A DNA stretch of 64,000 bases from Chiloscyllium plagiosum (lineage: Eukaryota). The stretch spans positions 8,338,759 to 8,402,758 of the forward strand of contig NC_057757.1 of NCBI RefSeq assembly GCF_004010195.1, given 5' to 3'. Made by a program: the position numbers and the translations under genes. Under the pieces are notes generated by a model. The model made no database searches. It was not told the DNA's origin and saw only the letters and a list, made by a program, of their open reading frames with translations. Numbering within the stretch: position 1 is the first letter of the stretch; the number at the start of each line of letters is the position of its first letter. Of this stretch, positions 28,000 through 41,465 are shown piece after piece.

Positions 28000-28629
28000 T
28001 TCGATAAGATTCACTACTCCACATGAAATGGGTGAGACAATTATACCTGACGTGAGGCTCCCAGGAGCAATTAGGCATTTTGCGTTTGGAAAATGTGAAA
28101 CTGCAACAGAAAAAAAGTTGTTTTGAAATGTCTGTGGTTTGACGTCATATGCACCAAAGGTGAACTATGAAAGACCCCTGTCTGATCCCAATCACATATT
28201 CTCAGATTTAATAAAAAAAATCAGAAACAACAGAATGGAGTCATTACTTACAGCAAACACAAAGAATGCTGGAGAAACTCAACAGGTCTGGCCGTATCTG
28301 GAGGGAGAGTTAGTGTTTTGAGTCTAGCTTAATACTTTTTCAGAGCTCAGTTTGTTGCCAAAACAGTTTTTATGAGTTACTGTAACTGGATGGGACACAC
28401 TGCTGTGACTCTGCAAGGAGGTCCACTTAGACATAAGAGAGACAGAGAGTATTTTGTTTAAAAGATAAATTACAGAATGGAAAAGACTGAAAAACTGTAA
28501 TGCCAAGATGAAGTGGATTCCAGAGGTGAGGTGAGACAGAGTACCTTTAATATCAAGTCCACAATTTACTTGGTGTGGCTTCAAGGAGCCCCAGCAAACC
28601 TGGTGCCAAAGGGAATCGGGGTTAACTCT

Positions 28630-29505
28630 CCCCTGGTTACAATCATACCTGGGACCTAGGAAAATGTTGTAGTTGTCACAGGTCAGTCATCTCAGCTCCA
28701 GAACATCTCTGCAGGAGTTCCTCAGGGTAATGTCCTAACATTCTCATCACCCAAATGCCATTCAATAACCGTCACCAATAAGAGACAATCTAATCACCAA
28801 TCCTTAACATTCAATGATGTTACCATCACTGTACTCCCCACTATTAACATCCTCGGGGTTAGCATTGACCAGAAACTGAACTGGACTTGCTAAATAAATA
28901 CAACTTTTAAAGAAAAGCCATTATAGGCATAAAATACTGCTGCACATAACTCACCTCCTGGTTCCCCAAAGACTGTCCACCACTTACAAAGCACAAGTCA
29001 AAAGTTTGACAGAATGCTTCCCACTTATCTGTACGAGTACAGCTCTAACAACACTCAAGAAGTTTGATACCAAGACAAAAAAGCCTGCTTTATTGACATT
29101 GCGTCCACGAATACCCACTTCTACCACTGTCGCTCAGTAGCAGCAGTGTGTACTATCTCCAAGATGCACTGTCCAAAGTCACCAAAGGCCCTGAGACACC
29201 ACCTTCCAAACCTACAACTCTACCATCCAGAAGGACAAGAGCAACAGATACATGAGAATACCAACCCCTGCAAGTTAACCTCAAACTCACTCACCTTCCT
29301 GACTTGGAAATATGTCGCCGTTCCTTCAGCGTCACTGCGCCAAAATCCTGGAGCTCCCTCCCTAACAACATTGTGGGTCTACCTACTCTGCACAGACTGC
29401 AGCAGTTCAAGAAGGCAGCTCACCCCTAACACTTTATGAAGGAGTAACTGGGGACAGGCAATAAATACCGGAACAGTGGTGACCACGTCCTGCAAGTGAA
29501 TAATA
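28630..29505 (+). mobile_element. Old CR1/L2-clade LINE 3' fragment
   Basis: ISAGVPQG RT remnant and 3' tail; paralogous to 41790-45000, where it is interrupted by younger insertions. Confidence 0.6.
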
Positions 29506-30394
29506 AAGTGCATGCCGGTAAATGCAGAAACAGCAGTGAATCTGATCAACACAACACCATCTTAACTGGAGATGTTCGGGATGGGCCATAAATACTGTTT
29601 TAGTCAGGGATCCCCACATATACAAAGTAAAAATAATTGAGGGGAGGACAGTACAATTTATAATAAGAAACATTATTAAAAAATCAAACAGAATTTTAAC
29701 ATAAGGCAAGTAAGAGTGTCAAAGAATAGATAATGATAATAAATTGGCAGCTGATGTAAAAGGTTAGTCATTATACAAATCGGATAATGGTAATCAGACA
29801 AGGGCTGATTCTGTCCCAAAATTGCAAATGTAGGTCGTGCACACTGAGCTGAAGTAATAACTGAGAAATTAAGATTTGTTTTATGGGGGGTGATAGGATG
29901 GGACAAACACAGGGAGACCTGTGGGAGCAGAGTCCCTGTGCATATTTAAGACTGAGAGAGAGAAATCCTTGTCGGAGCTAATTACTGCACATGCTGGATT
30001 CTGTACTGAAAACAAAAAAATGTTGGAAATCACAGCAGGTCAGGCAGCATCCATGGAGAGAGGGCAGGCTAATGCTTTGAGTTTATCTCCATCAGAGATA
30101 GATCCTTGATCAGTCGGAGAATCGAGGTTTACAGGGAAAAGGCAGGAAAGTGGTCATGAGGAATTCCAGATCAGCCACGTTCCTACTGAATGGTGGAAAA
30201 GGCTGGAGGGGCCAAATAAATAGTAGATCTGAGGGGAGTACTGAGGATCAAAGGGATCTTAGTGTACAAGTCCATAGATCGCTGAAGCTGTTAGCACAGG
30301 GAGACAGGATGGTTTAGATGATATGCTCGTCTTCATTAGCCAGTGTGAAAAATCACGCAACACCAGGTTATATTCCAACAGGTTTATTTGGAAG

Positions 30395-30430
30395 TATTAG
30401 TTTTCGAAGCACTGCTTCTTCATCAGGTCG
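30395..30430 (-). ncRNA. Minimal hammerhead ribozyme motif in a PLE-type short repeat
   Basis: Reverse: GAC-CTGATGA-A-GAAGC-AGT-GCTTC-GAAA-ACTA; intact core and 5-bp stem II; stem I/III weakened. Confidence 0.6.
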
Positions 30431-30544
30431 CTGTGTAGCAGGATCACAGCATCATGAAACTGAAACGAAATATTAAACTATGTTCCATCCCAGTCCAACA
30501 CCAGCACCTCCACATCAGGTCTTCATTCACCAGGGAATAGAATA

Positions 30545-33500
30545 TCAAACATAGTATACAGAATCTGAGTGCATCCCCAGATGTTACAATCTTATAAATG
30601 AGGTCTTGATGAGGCAATGGAGACCATCACACATTCAGGTGGATGGGAAATGGGCAGAAGTTCACCAAGTTGCCTTACTGGTGAGTTATAGAAAGGAGGT
30701 ACTGCAGGTAGCAGATGAATTACCAGTAGGAGGTCATTTGGGAGTAAGGAAAACTTATACAAAATACAAAAAACATTTTTATTGGCCTGGACTGCATAGA
30801 CACGGGGTTGAATTCTGCAAAACATATCCGGTAATAGGAAAACCCGACAGCAATAAAGCCAACACCTTTAATATCCATTACTGCATTTGAAGGACCTTTT
30901 ACAAAGGTTTTAATTGATTGCAGAGGACCGTTATTAAGTGGGAATCAATATTTGTTGACCATAATGGCTGCATCTACTAATTTTTCAGAGGCCATTCCAT
31001 TGCATAGTACCATGGCAAAACGGATTATAGAAGTTAACCTTTTACTCAATGTGGACTACACTCAGAAATACAATCAAATGAAGTGTTACATTTTCATTAA
31101 AATTATTCCAGGAATGGACAGCTTAGAAATAATACAATGCAAATCCAGAATAGCAGGGAGGTTTAGAACAGTAGCACCAAACTTTAAAGACCTTGTCAAG
31201 TGCTCAGAGTTGAGTCTGTGCAGGGGATTGGGATAAAGGAATTCCACTTGTACTTTTGAAAATGGAGTGCACCAAATGAATCTTCCAAGGTTAGTTCATT
31301 TGTATTAGTTGTTAGTTGTGAGATGAGAGGACCACTGAAATTAATTAAGGCAAAATTGTTGAGTCAGAGTTCAGAGACCACATATTTGGATTATTTGTCA
31401 AATTTTTAAGATAGGTTAAATTGAGTGGAAAGCTTGGCTAGATATCATATAAAAAACAGCGTGTGATGAAACCGGAAGCAGACAAGAAATCAAAAACTCA
31501 CAGTTTTGTTAATTGAGACAATGTGTTAGTGTTACTTCCATTGAAAGGTGAACCTCTAAAGAAAGGTTTAGTGAACTTTATCCAGTAAAATGGAAATAGA
31601 GTGAGGTGAATTGTTTCATAAGAATGCCAAGACAGAAAGAAATCTTCAGAGTGTGTCATGTGAATATGCTCAAATAGAGATAGAGTTAGATAGAGAAGAA
31701 AAGCAGAAGGAAAATGTTTTACTGATTATAACAAAGAGTGAGGAACCTATTTCAGAGGATTCTGAATTGGACATTGCTCAAATTAAACTGGACAGTGCAG
31801 AAGCTCTCAAAAATTGAGATAAATTATTGAGATATCTTCCAGAGGAAAGTCAAACTGATCTGCAAGAGCTATTACAATTACACAGGGAGATATGTGGGAA
31901 TAAGCTAGGAAGTACTAATCAAATTACATAAGATGTAAACAATGGAAATGCTGTTCCAATTCAGCAATATCGTTATAGACTTAATCCTGTCAAAGTTGGC
32001 ATAGGTTCTAAAAGAGATTGTACAACCAATGTCAGTTGCAGTGACTGGAGCTCACCCATCGTAAAGGTGACAAAATCTGCTGGTACCCAATGATTATGGG
32101 TGGACTATCGCAAAGTCAATACACTGACAAAGTCTGATTCATATACTATTCCACATTTGGAAGACTGTATTGAGGTGGGGCAAGCAATTTATATTTCTAA
32201 GTTGGACCTACTCAGAGCATACTAGCAAATACCTTTCTCTGAAAAAGCAAAGACAATTTTGGTTTTTGAGACGCTGAATGGACTGTACCTGTTTAACGTC
32301 ATGCCATTTGTTATGAAGTATGTGCTCGCCACATTTCAAGATTAACCAATAAAGTCATTCCTGGATAGTGTGGTGTACATCGGTGACCCTTAGACACATA
32401 TGGAAGGAACATTTGTGGCATCTATCGGAATTGTTCAATTAACAATGGGAAGCAAACTTGGTGATAAAGCTGGATAAGAGTGAGTTCACAAAAGCCAAAG
32501 TCACATTTCTTGGCCATGTTATCCAACATGGTCAGATGGTCAATGGGATTTGAAAAGTTATTCAGGAGTTTCCAACACCATTGACAATGAGATCAGTACT
32601 GTGAGTCCTAGGATTGAATGGAATTTAGTTGAAGTTTGTACTGAATTTTAAGTGTGGTTGCTCCACTGATTGAATTATTTAAGACATATCCAAAAATTAC
32701 CATGGACGATGAACTGTCAGCAGGCATTTGACAGCCTGAAAGCTGTGCTACCCACTGCTCTGGTGTTAGCCACACGCAGTTACACAAAGCCAATCAAGGT
32801 GGCTACCGGTGAGAGTGATGTGTGCATGTCAATGCTGTACATTTATAAGAAAATGACAAGATAAAAAAGACATGTTTTACAGAAAATTGAATAATAAATC
32901 ACAGAAATATTTCTATAATTATGAACGAGACTTTGAGTTTGATATTGCAACATTTCAACATTTATATTGCCAGTAATGTTTCTGAGACAATTGCATATAC
33001 CGACCATAACCCATTAAAGCTTTCAGGAAATCTTGAGGATAAAAATTCCAGACTGTTTAGATGAAGTTTATTACTGCAACCAGTCAATTTGAAAGCTATA
33101 TATGTGGCAGGATGGGAAAACATAACTGCTGTTTGTGATGTCACAACTTTGATGAAGGAAGACCGAGGTGTTCAATGGTAGGACAGAACATATTGAAATG
33201 TACTGTATCAGTGATTGTTTGCGTGCTTAGAGTCAATATAAAGTAAATGTATATTAGTGTACTAGTAGCAGGAGACAAAAGTTGTTTATAAAATGAGGCC
33301 ATCTTTGTATATTGATGGTTTATGGGCTTTTTTTAAAGAATGGAGAGCTGAGAATACTATGGCTTTAAGAGGTGTACTTTGTTCTTTTTTTATGAAGAAG
33401 AGTTGAGTCAGTCAACAAGCAGTCTGCTTCAAAGCAAACAGCTTGTGAGACCTTGTTTTTTTTAAAAAAATTCGAACACTAGAAGCAGTCTGTTTGGGTG

Positions 33501-33952
33501 GGGTCAAGCTCACACACAAACATGATATTTACTTTTATCTTTCAGCAGCTGCTGAGGGTCTTTAAACTTAATGTGGTAACTTTTATTCCTCTCTCTGTTC
33601 CAGCTAAAAGCTGGGGTTCTCTTCCTGCTGCTAGAATTGCACGTGAGACAATCTCTTTTACTGAAGTTGCCTTTGCCAAAGGTGTGTTTATGCGATGTTC
33701 CTTTCTTAGAACTATTAATTAGAAGTTATTTTATATAATGTTTTGTTATGCATTTCAATAGTTACAGTGAATCCAATTCTGCTGTTTTTACTTTGTCTAT
33801 ATTTTAACTGTTGTGCAAAAATAAAGTTTGTTTTGTGCAAAGTCAAATATTTTGACAGATCAAATGGCACACTTACCTTTACTAATAAACGGTTAGAGTC
33901 CAGGCTATCTCCTTCATTCATGTTGAGGAGGTTTGGTGTCGGGTCTGTAACA
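30545..33952 (+). mobile_element. Degenerate Gmr1-like Ty3/Gypsy LTR retrotransposon (INT-RT-RNaseH-3'LTR)
   Basis: Integrase GGHLGVRKT..FYWPGL..FCKT (30.6-30.9 kb), then RT WSSPIV..VDYRKVN..SKLDL..VMPF (32.0-32.4 kb), RNase H YTDHNPL (~33.0 kb), purine tract and TG...CA LTR at 33349-33952. Confidence 0.85.
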
Positions 33953-33959
33953 CAGGATC

Positions 33960-34645
33960 CGGCCACAGTTGACTGGGAACAGCTCCTTGTGGATAGGTCT
34001 ACAGCAGAGTAATGGGAAACATTCAAAAGGTACCGGGGAGAGTACAAGTCCAAGATGTATCCACTGGGGGGAGTATAGGATTAATAATCTCAGATAAGTG
34101 TGGATGTCTAGGGCAATTCAGGACTGTATAAGGATGAACAGAAAGCATTTTAGCAAGTCCAAATGAGGCAATTCAGATGTGGCCCTAGAGAATTATGGAA
34201 AGTGCAAGAGAGAATTGAGAAGGCAATGTGAAGAGCAAAAAGGGGAATGAAAAATGACTTGTAAAACTATTTGGGAGAATTATAAGCTATGTCATGAATT
34301 CATATGTGAGAGGAGGTTAACTAGGGAAAGTGTAGTGTATGTTAGGGACCAAAGGGACAACCCATGTGTGAAGCTGCAGGATATTGGAAGCGTTTAAAAA
34401 GAATGTTTCTCTTCAGACTTCATTTTAGAAAAGAAGAACATAGGTGTGGAAAAGAGTCTATGAGAAGCTTGTACAGGAAATGGGGAGGCATCGGAGGCTC
34501 ATTCAGGTTTAAAAATGGACGTCCCCAACCCAGAATTGTATCCCAGGCTGCTGTAAGAGGTGAAGTAGGAAATTACAGAGTCTCTGGCACACAGTTTTAA
34601 TTCCTGTCTGGGAACAGTGGAAGTGCCAGAGGCCTGGAGGATGGC
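33960..34645 (+). mobile_element. CR1 ORF2 linker fragment, decayed
   Basis: VDWEQLL.., YPRLL, VPEAWRMAKV remnants. Confidence 0.55.
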
Positions 34646-34904
34646 AAAAGTGATTTCGGTAGCTAGATTACAGGTGGGAATGGATCCTACCATGATTGAA
34701 AGGCCATTGGAACATCAGGCAACTGAGATGTTACAGGAAGTATATCCTGGGATTTTTCCTGACTGTGTGGTAACAAGGTTACAAAGGCTCAGGTAGAAAC
34801 ATGATGATTGTCATTGCACCCAGCTGAGGGAGGGGAAAGTGAGATTGTATACTTGTGAATGAGGTTATATTGTCACCCAGCAGGGGGAGGGCGAAGATTA
34901 AATT

Positions 34905-34932
34905 TTGTGCGTGTGTGAGTGAGTGAGAGAGG

Positions 34933-34968
<36 letters not shown>
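34905..34968. repeat. (GT)/(GA)n microsatellite
   Basis: Direct. Confidence 0.9.
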
Positions 34969-34973
<5 letters not shown>

Positions 34974-34994
34974 GCACCCAGCCCTAGAGACAAT

Positions 34995-35029
34995 CACCTG
35001 ATGAAGGATCGTCGCTCCGAAAGCTAGTG
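34995..35029 (+). ncRNA. Minimal type I hammerhead ribozyme motif
   Basis: Stem I CAC/GTG, CUGAUGA core, stem II, GAAA, palindromic AGCU stem III and CUA cleavage triplet. Confidence 0.7.
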
Positions 35030-35085
35030 TGCTTCCAATTAAACCTGTTGGACTATAACCTGGTGTTGTGTGATTTTTAACCTTG
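34995..35085 (+). mobile_element. 91-bp hammerhead-bearing insertion with 14-bp TSD
   Basis: GCCCTAGAGACAAT at 34981-34994 and 35086-35099; insert starts CAC-CTGATGA-AGGA..TCC-GAAA-GCTA-GTG. Confidence 0.85.
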
Positions 35086-35677
35086 GCCCTAGAGACAATG
35101 GTGAAATTGTGTATGTTTGAATGAGATTATTAAAGTCCACAAGAGAGGAAGGTAAAGGTCATGTTGTGTTTCTTTTACAGATTTTAGCAGTACCAAGTCA
35201 AGGATAATGAAGCTGTGTTATTTCTGTATGTGTGGGAGTAGGTTTGTGTGCATGTCGGTTTGTGTGTGTGATCTTAATAACATTTGCCAGAGGGAGATGA
35301 AGATGAAATTGTGGGCATCAGCTGCAGTTTGTTACATCACACAGTAGAGGGAGATGTGTGTGTGAAAATGCACGTGTGTAAATGTCTACGCCTAGCACTA
35401 TGGCTGAAGTTTGCAAATCAAAACACAATGCAGGATAATATAAAGGAGGTGGTTATTAGTGTTGCATCTTTAGAATTATACCCCTGAATGAGATTGTGTA
35501 TGTAAGTAAGAACCTTCTTAAATTGAACGTATGTAAATCGGGCTGCCTTGAACACTGTCTCTTTATTATGCCAACTGCAAGATTATATGAATAAGTCTTA
35601 GTCTATGAAATATTTATTTTTTGTCAAAATTTAAAAATCTTCACAACAAAGTTGATGGAAAATTTAATACCACTCCT

Positions 35678-36526
35678 TTACTTATTTCTGAACCTACATT
35701 GGGTCCCTGCATAAATAAATGGGTTTATGCAGGAACTTAAAATCTGAAGCATATAGCCATTTTCTTTCAGATTGAAATTGGATGCTTTATAATTGAAACC
35801 TGAGAAATAACTCACTTTTGTAATTCGGACATAGAGAAATGTTAAAACATACAGCAACCATAACGGGAGGAAACTGCCAGAGATACAGAAGAGCAGGATG
35901 ATGGACTTTCTCCGGTTCCTCATCTCCGTGTCATTTTCTGCCTGTTTACCGACGCGGAATCTTTTGCGAGTTCGAATGGCCTTTAGAATTATTCTGACAG
36001 TTACAACGTTGAGCAATAAGAGCAAAACAAATGGGAGACAAGGTGTTGAAATGTAATTAATCCAATCAAATGCAGCCCATGCAGGTGAGGTATAAAATAT
36101 AGACTTAATTTTGCAATACCATGGTATATTACCAACTGTATATAATGGTTCGTGTATGAAATACCAGAATATATTTTTGATACAGCTCATTCTACAAACT
36201 GCCCCTATAATCACAGCTGCTACTTTCTCTGTGCAATATCTTGTCTTCAATTTCTGGCAGAAATGGCTACAAAACCAAAATAGTGAATACCACAGTTGCC
36301 CAGACAGAACATTCACTGCTTCCAACCATTAGAATAAAATTAACATTAGAGACTGGGGTGACATACATGACACTGACTGGGAAATAAATGCCAACAGTAC
36401 GGTTCAATATTACAGCTGTACTAATGACCAGCAGGTCTGTCACCACCATGAATACAAGGTAGCATGTGACGCATCTGCTGAGACCGCACCTTTCTCTGGA
36501 AAGGATCAGAATCACTGCCAAGTTAG
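35678..36526 (-). pseudogene. GPR139-like GPCR pseudogene exon 2 (duplicate of 23911-24827)
   Basis: Colinear with the 23.9-kb gene; net 1-nt deletion at ~36272-36280 destroys the DRF motif and shifts frame; premature TAA at 35678-80. Confidence 0.9.
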
Positions 36527-38585
36527 CTGCAATATGAAAAAGAAGCACAATCCAGAGAATGAGGGAATAGTGAGACAGACAGCATGAGCAGCACCAGTGT
36601 ACTTGACTGCCTTAACAAAGTTTCATCTTCAAATTTGTGTGAACTTTTCAGATCTGGCACTTTATACTGAAACCAATTTTCTATTTTGTCAACAGTAAAT
36701 TTTAATTTGAAACAGTAAACCAGACACAAAGGCACACTGTATAGTTATCAAAATGTAAAATAATATAATATTATTCATATTAAATGTGAAGATTGTGGAG
36801 AAGGAAGTAAAGGTATTGCAGCAATTAGGTCAGAACTATCATTGTTAAAAGAACATTAAATTAGTATCTAAAATGTAGTAAGAACATTCAAAATTGAATC
36901 TGACAATTTCACTCTCAACAATTAAAATGCGATATTATTATTCACATTATTCAGTCTGTTAAACAGAAACGTATCACAATTGGATACGATTATGGTTTTC
37001 TGAATTTGCATTGGTACTGTTGGTGAATCCTCAGGAGCAATTTTCACTAATTCCCCCCGATTCCTCGTTGTAAGGTTCAGTTATATACATTAACACACAG
37101 GTTATGAGGTTTTGTTTTCAGACGGGGTTGATTCATTCAGTTGGTTGGGTGACTGGGATGGAATGCCATTTAATGGTAATAGAGTAGGTTCAATTGCTGC
37201 ACTGGCTGAGGTTAACATGAAGATCTCTCCTTATCAACCTCTCCCCTTCCCTGAAGTATGATGACCTCCAGGTTAACCCACCACCAAACATTTCTCTGTA
37301 TTGAGGGAGTAACCATTTGGTCAAGATGGACAATGGCAAATTTAGCTTTACCTCATTTGGATAAAGACATACCATGCAAGAAGCACTCCCTCTGGAGCTG
37401 CACAGCAGAATCAGGATAAAGTATTTCCTCAAGTCAATCATGAAAATTGAACTACTACATCTAAATACATGTAGGAAAGATGCCACATTACTATAGCTTC
37501 TTAAGAAATAATTGAGAGCAGGAACAATTCAGAGCATTGCCTCAGTATGACCTCAGCATGTTCACTGAACAACCTCAGTCACAGGTCATTTTGAAGATCA
37601 AGCTGACACTGAACCACAAATGGAATTAGAGACTGAGAATGGAAACCCAGCATTTTGTGGTATGGAGACCAAAATACTTATGAAGAAAGTGACCAGAAAC
37701 AATGCATTTCCACGATATGCATGCACTTACTTTTAACAATTGTCACAAAATAACATCAGTTTGCTGGAGTCATTTGTTAGATACAACAAAGAAATTTTAA
37801 CCACTGAATATTGTGACTTCACCTGAGGCATGTGATATTACATGGATAATAGTGATCATAATGTCAAGATACAGCTACGCCTTGATTGCAGCAAACCAAT
37901 AACAATACAATCATTACATTCAATACCTTTCCAGTCTAATCCAGCATGCAAACCTGTCACAAAAGGAAGGAGGTTTAGAAAGGTTCTGAGGGCAACTTTC
38001 TTTCACCCTGAGTGTGATGAGGTCTGGAATATACTGTCTGGGGGTGCAGCTGAGATGGGAAACCTCATGCCATTCAAACAAAGGATGTGGATGAGCCTTT
38101 GAGATGGCATAACATTCAAGGCTATGGGCCTGTAGATCTAGAGTAACTTTTATTGGCGCGGATTTGACGGACCTCTTCTACAATGGTATGATTTTATAAA
38201 ATCAACAAGTGCTTTTGAGAAACCTACATTTTTCCATACTTTTCCTATACATTGGTAGAATGTAGGTATCACTGGCTGGACCAGCTTATATTCCTCTTCC
38301 TAGTTTCTCTTAGAATTGTCTTTGGAGTTTCTCATGTGTATCTCTGACATGCTATACCCACCCTACCCCTCCTCCCCTTCTGCCCCCCCCCCCCCCTCCA
38401 CAATCCTGTTCGGGGTGTCTTCAGCTGACTGGATGCTAATTGTTGGGACTTGTGTAAGGCCAGCCGTTCTCCTACTGTCTCTCTATGTTGAAGACGCTAC
38501 TTGCAAACACAATTACCGACTGACCTTTCTTTCTTTTCCGTAAAAGTGTTTAACATTCTATTTGATGACTTGTCAGTCTCACTAC

Positions 38586-39549
38586 TATTATGGATCAGAA
38601 ATGACCCCCTGAAGTACTTGTAGAAGATAGCCTGTTACCTAACGTTTTCTTAGCTTAATGGTAGATGTGGTGTAAATTCCTATTGCTCTGCCTGATTGTC
38701 ATGACAGCACAGCACTGACATTGACTTTATAAACATCATCTATTACCCTTGGTCATCTGAAGAGACTTACCTGACACATTGATGTGAGTAGAGTATGGCA
38801 TTTTGATGTTTCAGCCTTTGATCTCTGCCTATAAGTTCTGTGTCGGTATGCTCTCCTCTCACTGCACCTGACAAAAGGACTGCACTCTGAAAGCTTGTGG
38901 TTTTAAATACACCTGTTGGACTACAACATGGTGATGTGTGATTTTTGAGTTAACTACTCCAGTCCAAAACCGGCACCTCCACATCATCGATACAATGTGA
39001 CTTGTCAAATTACTTGATGTTAAGCAAAGCATAACTTATTTAAAAACAGTAGTTCAGATATAAATAAAAGGAAGTGAAATTTTGAATACCTTAGCTGCAT
39101 TGGAAAACTGAATAAAAAATACAGTGCCTATTCCTAATGAACAGTTCCAAAGCAGTGACATCCCATAAACACACCCTTTGGCAAACATGCAAATTCAGAT
39201 GCAGAATCTCAAATGCAGTTCTCCAATCCAGGAGGAAAAACAAAATAACAAGAAGGTTCAGAGAGAATAGCAGTGAGCAGACATTCACTGAAGCACCCAA
39301 ATCTTTTTAGACTCAAACAGCTTCTACTGCTTAAAGCTAAATAAAACACTAGAAAGCCTGGACTGAGAGAGTTGACTATACCCATTCATCAGGCTGCTTC
39401 CATTGCTCCAACGTTTTAAAAAACACCTAGTCCTCCCAAGTTCTTTATTTAAGTTCTGTTCAGTAGCCAGTTTGTGCCTTTTGCATTACAATCTCGCTTC
39501 AAAAAAAGGACAACATTACCTCTTAAAGTGACAGCATCATCTCGCGACA
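38586..39549 (-). mobile_element. Solo LTR (Gmr1-like family) with an internal ~300-bp PLE-type insertion
   Basis: Reverse begins TGTCG..CTTTAAGAGGTAATGTTGTCCTTTTTTTGAAG, resembling the start of LTR 33349; nested insert ~38680-38990 with a decayed hammerhead at 38865-38899. Confidence 0.6.
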
Positions 39550-40044
39550 TTACAGGTGACACAAATGCATGGTTTCTTGTAGCTGGTCGCTATCATTCAC
39601 TCAAATTGATAGCTCAAACCTTGGGATAACATCTGCAGTCCAACTATCAAGAATGATAAAGGAAACATTTGAAGGGAAAACTTAATGCATTAAATCAAAA
39701 AATTGCAAATTTGAATAGAAGGTGTATGATTCACTGGTAAAGGTATTACATTACATGATATTTTAAAGGGAACACTGTTAAAGGCGGCAAACTATTATGT
39801 ATGAGCCAATAAAATATTCAGTTAAAGGTGAGAAATGATAGAATAGCCAAAGCAATGGTATAGTTAAAAAGTAGAATTATCATTAAAGAGATAAATTAAT
39901 ATGCTCAAAGCAGTTATATTTCCAGTAACCACATGACATCACTGAAAGGAAAGAAGTTACACAAAAGTGATCAAAGCCACTTTGTTTTGAGGCAGCTAAA
40001 ATCAAAATGATTTTCAAAACATTTTTAAAAATTCAGTACAGTAC

Positions 40045-40114
40045 CTGGCACCCTGATAGTTGCAAGGATGGAGTAATAAATTGCAAAGAGCAGACCGTTT
40101 GGTGCACCATGCAT
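40045..40114 (-). pseudogene. Exon 1 of the 35.7-40.1 kb GPCR pseudogene
   Basis: MHGAPNGLLFAIYYSILATIRVP plus G|GTACTG; paralogous to 27930-27999. Confidence 0.85.
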
Positions 40115-40440
40115 TTCGGTAAGATCCACATTCCACATGAAGTGGGTGCGACAGTTATACATGATTTGAGGCTCCCAGGTGTTTGAGTTTGGAAATTAAT
40201 TGTAAAATTGCAACAGTGAAGAAGTTGTTTTGAAAAGTCTGTGGATTGACCTCATACGAACCAAAGGTGAAATGCGAAAGACCCCCCTCTGGTAACAATC
40301 ATGCATCCTGAGAAAACATATTTGGTAACAAAAGAAATGGAGTCATTACTTACAGCAAACACTGAGAACGCTGGACAAACTCAGCAGGTCTGGCAGCATG
40401 TGGAGGGAGAAATAGTGTTTGGAGTCTGATGTGACACTAT

Positions 40441-41465
40441 ATCATAGAGTCATAGAGATGTGCAGCACGGAAACAGACCCTTCAGTCTAACCAGTCCATG
40501 CTGACCAGATATACCAACCAAATCTAGTCCCACCTGCCAGCCCACGGCCATATCCCTCCAAACTCTTCCTATTCATATACGCATCCAAATTCGATTTAAA
40601 TGCTGTAATTGTACCAACCTCCATCACTTCCTCTGGCAGCTCATTCCATACACATACCACTCTCTGCATGAAAAGTTGCCACTTAGCTATCTTTTTATAT
40701 CTTTCCCCTCTCACCTATACCAATCCCTCTAGTTCTGGACTCTCCCGCCCCAGGGAAAAGACTTTGTCTATTTATCTTATCCATGCCCCTCATAATTTTG
40801 TAAACCTCTATAAGGTCACCCCTCAGCCTCCAATGCTCCAGGGAAAACAGCCCCAGCCTGTTCAACCTCTCCTTATAGTTCAAACCCTCCAACCCTGGCA
40901 ACATCCTTGTAAATCTTTTCTGAACCCTTTCAAGTTTCACATCATCTTTCTGATATGAAGGAGACCAGACTTGCACGCAATATTCCAACAGTGCCTTAAC
41001 CAATGTCCTGTACAGCTGCAACATGACCTCCCAAATCTTGTACTCAATACTCTGACCGATAAAGCAAAGCATACCAAACGCCTTCTTCACTATCCTATCT
41101 ACCTGTGACTTCACTTTCAAGGAGCTATGACACTCCAAGGTCTCTTTATTCAGCAACACTCCCAAGGACCTTACCATTAAGTGTATAAGTCCTGCGAAGA
41201 TTTGCTTTCCCACAATGCAGCAGCTCACATTATTTGAATTAAACTACATCTGCCACTTCTCAGCCCATTGGCCTATTTGATCAAGATGATTGATGCAAGC
41301 CAATGCACATTCCTGGGATACTGGTTAGCAAGGTTAGATCTCACGGAATAGAGGGAGAACTAGCCATTTTGATATGGAACTGGCTCAAAGGTAGAAGGGA
41401 GAGGGTTGTGGTGGGGGGTTGTTTTTCAGACTGGAGGCCTGTGACCAGTGGAGTGCCACAAGGAT
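40441..41465 (-). mobile_element. CR1 LINE with inverted 5' segment
   Basis: 40441-41290 is a CR1 3' end on minus; 41310-41465 is upstream RT (SKVRSHGIEG..VTSGVPQGS) on plus; flanked by CACTAT/CACTAT. Confidence 0.85.
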
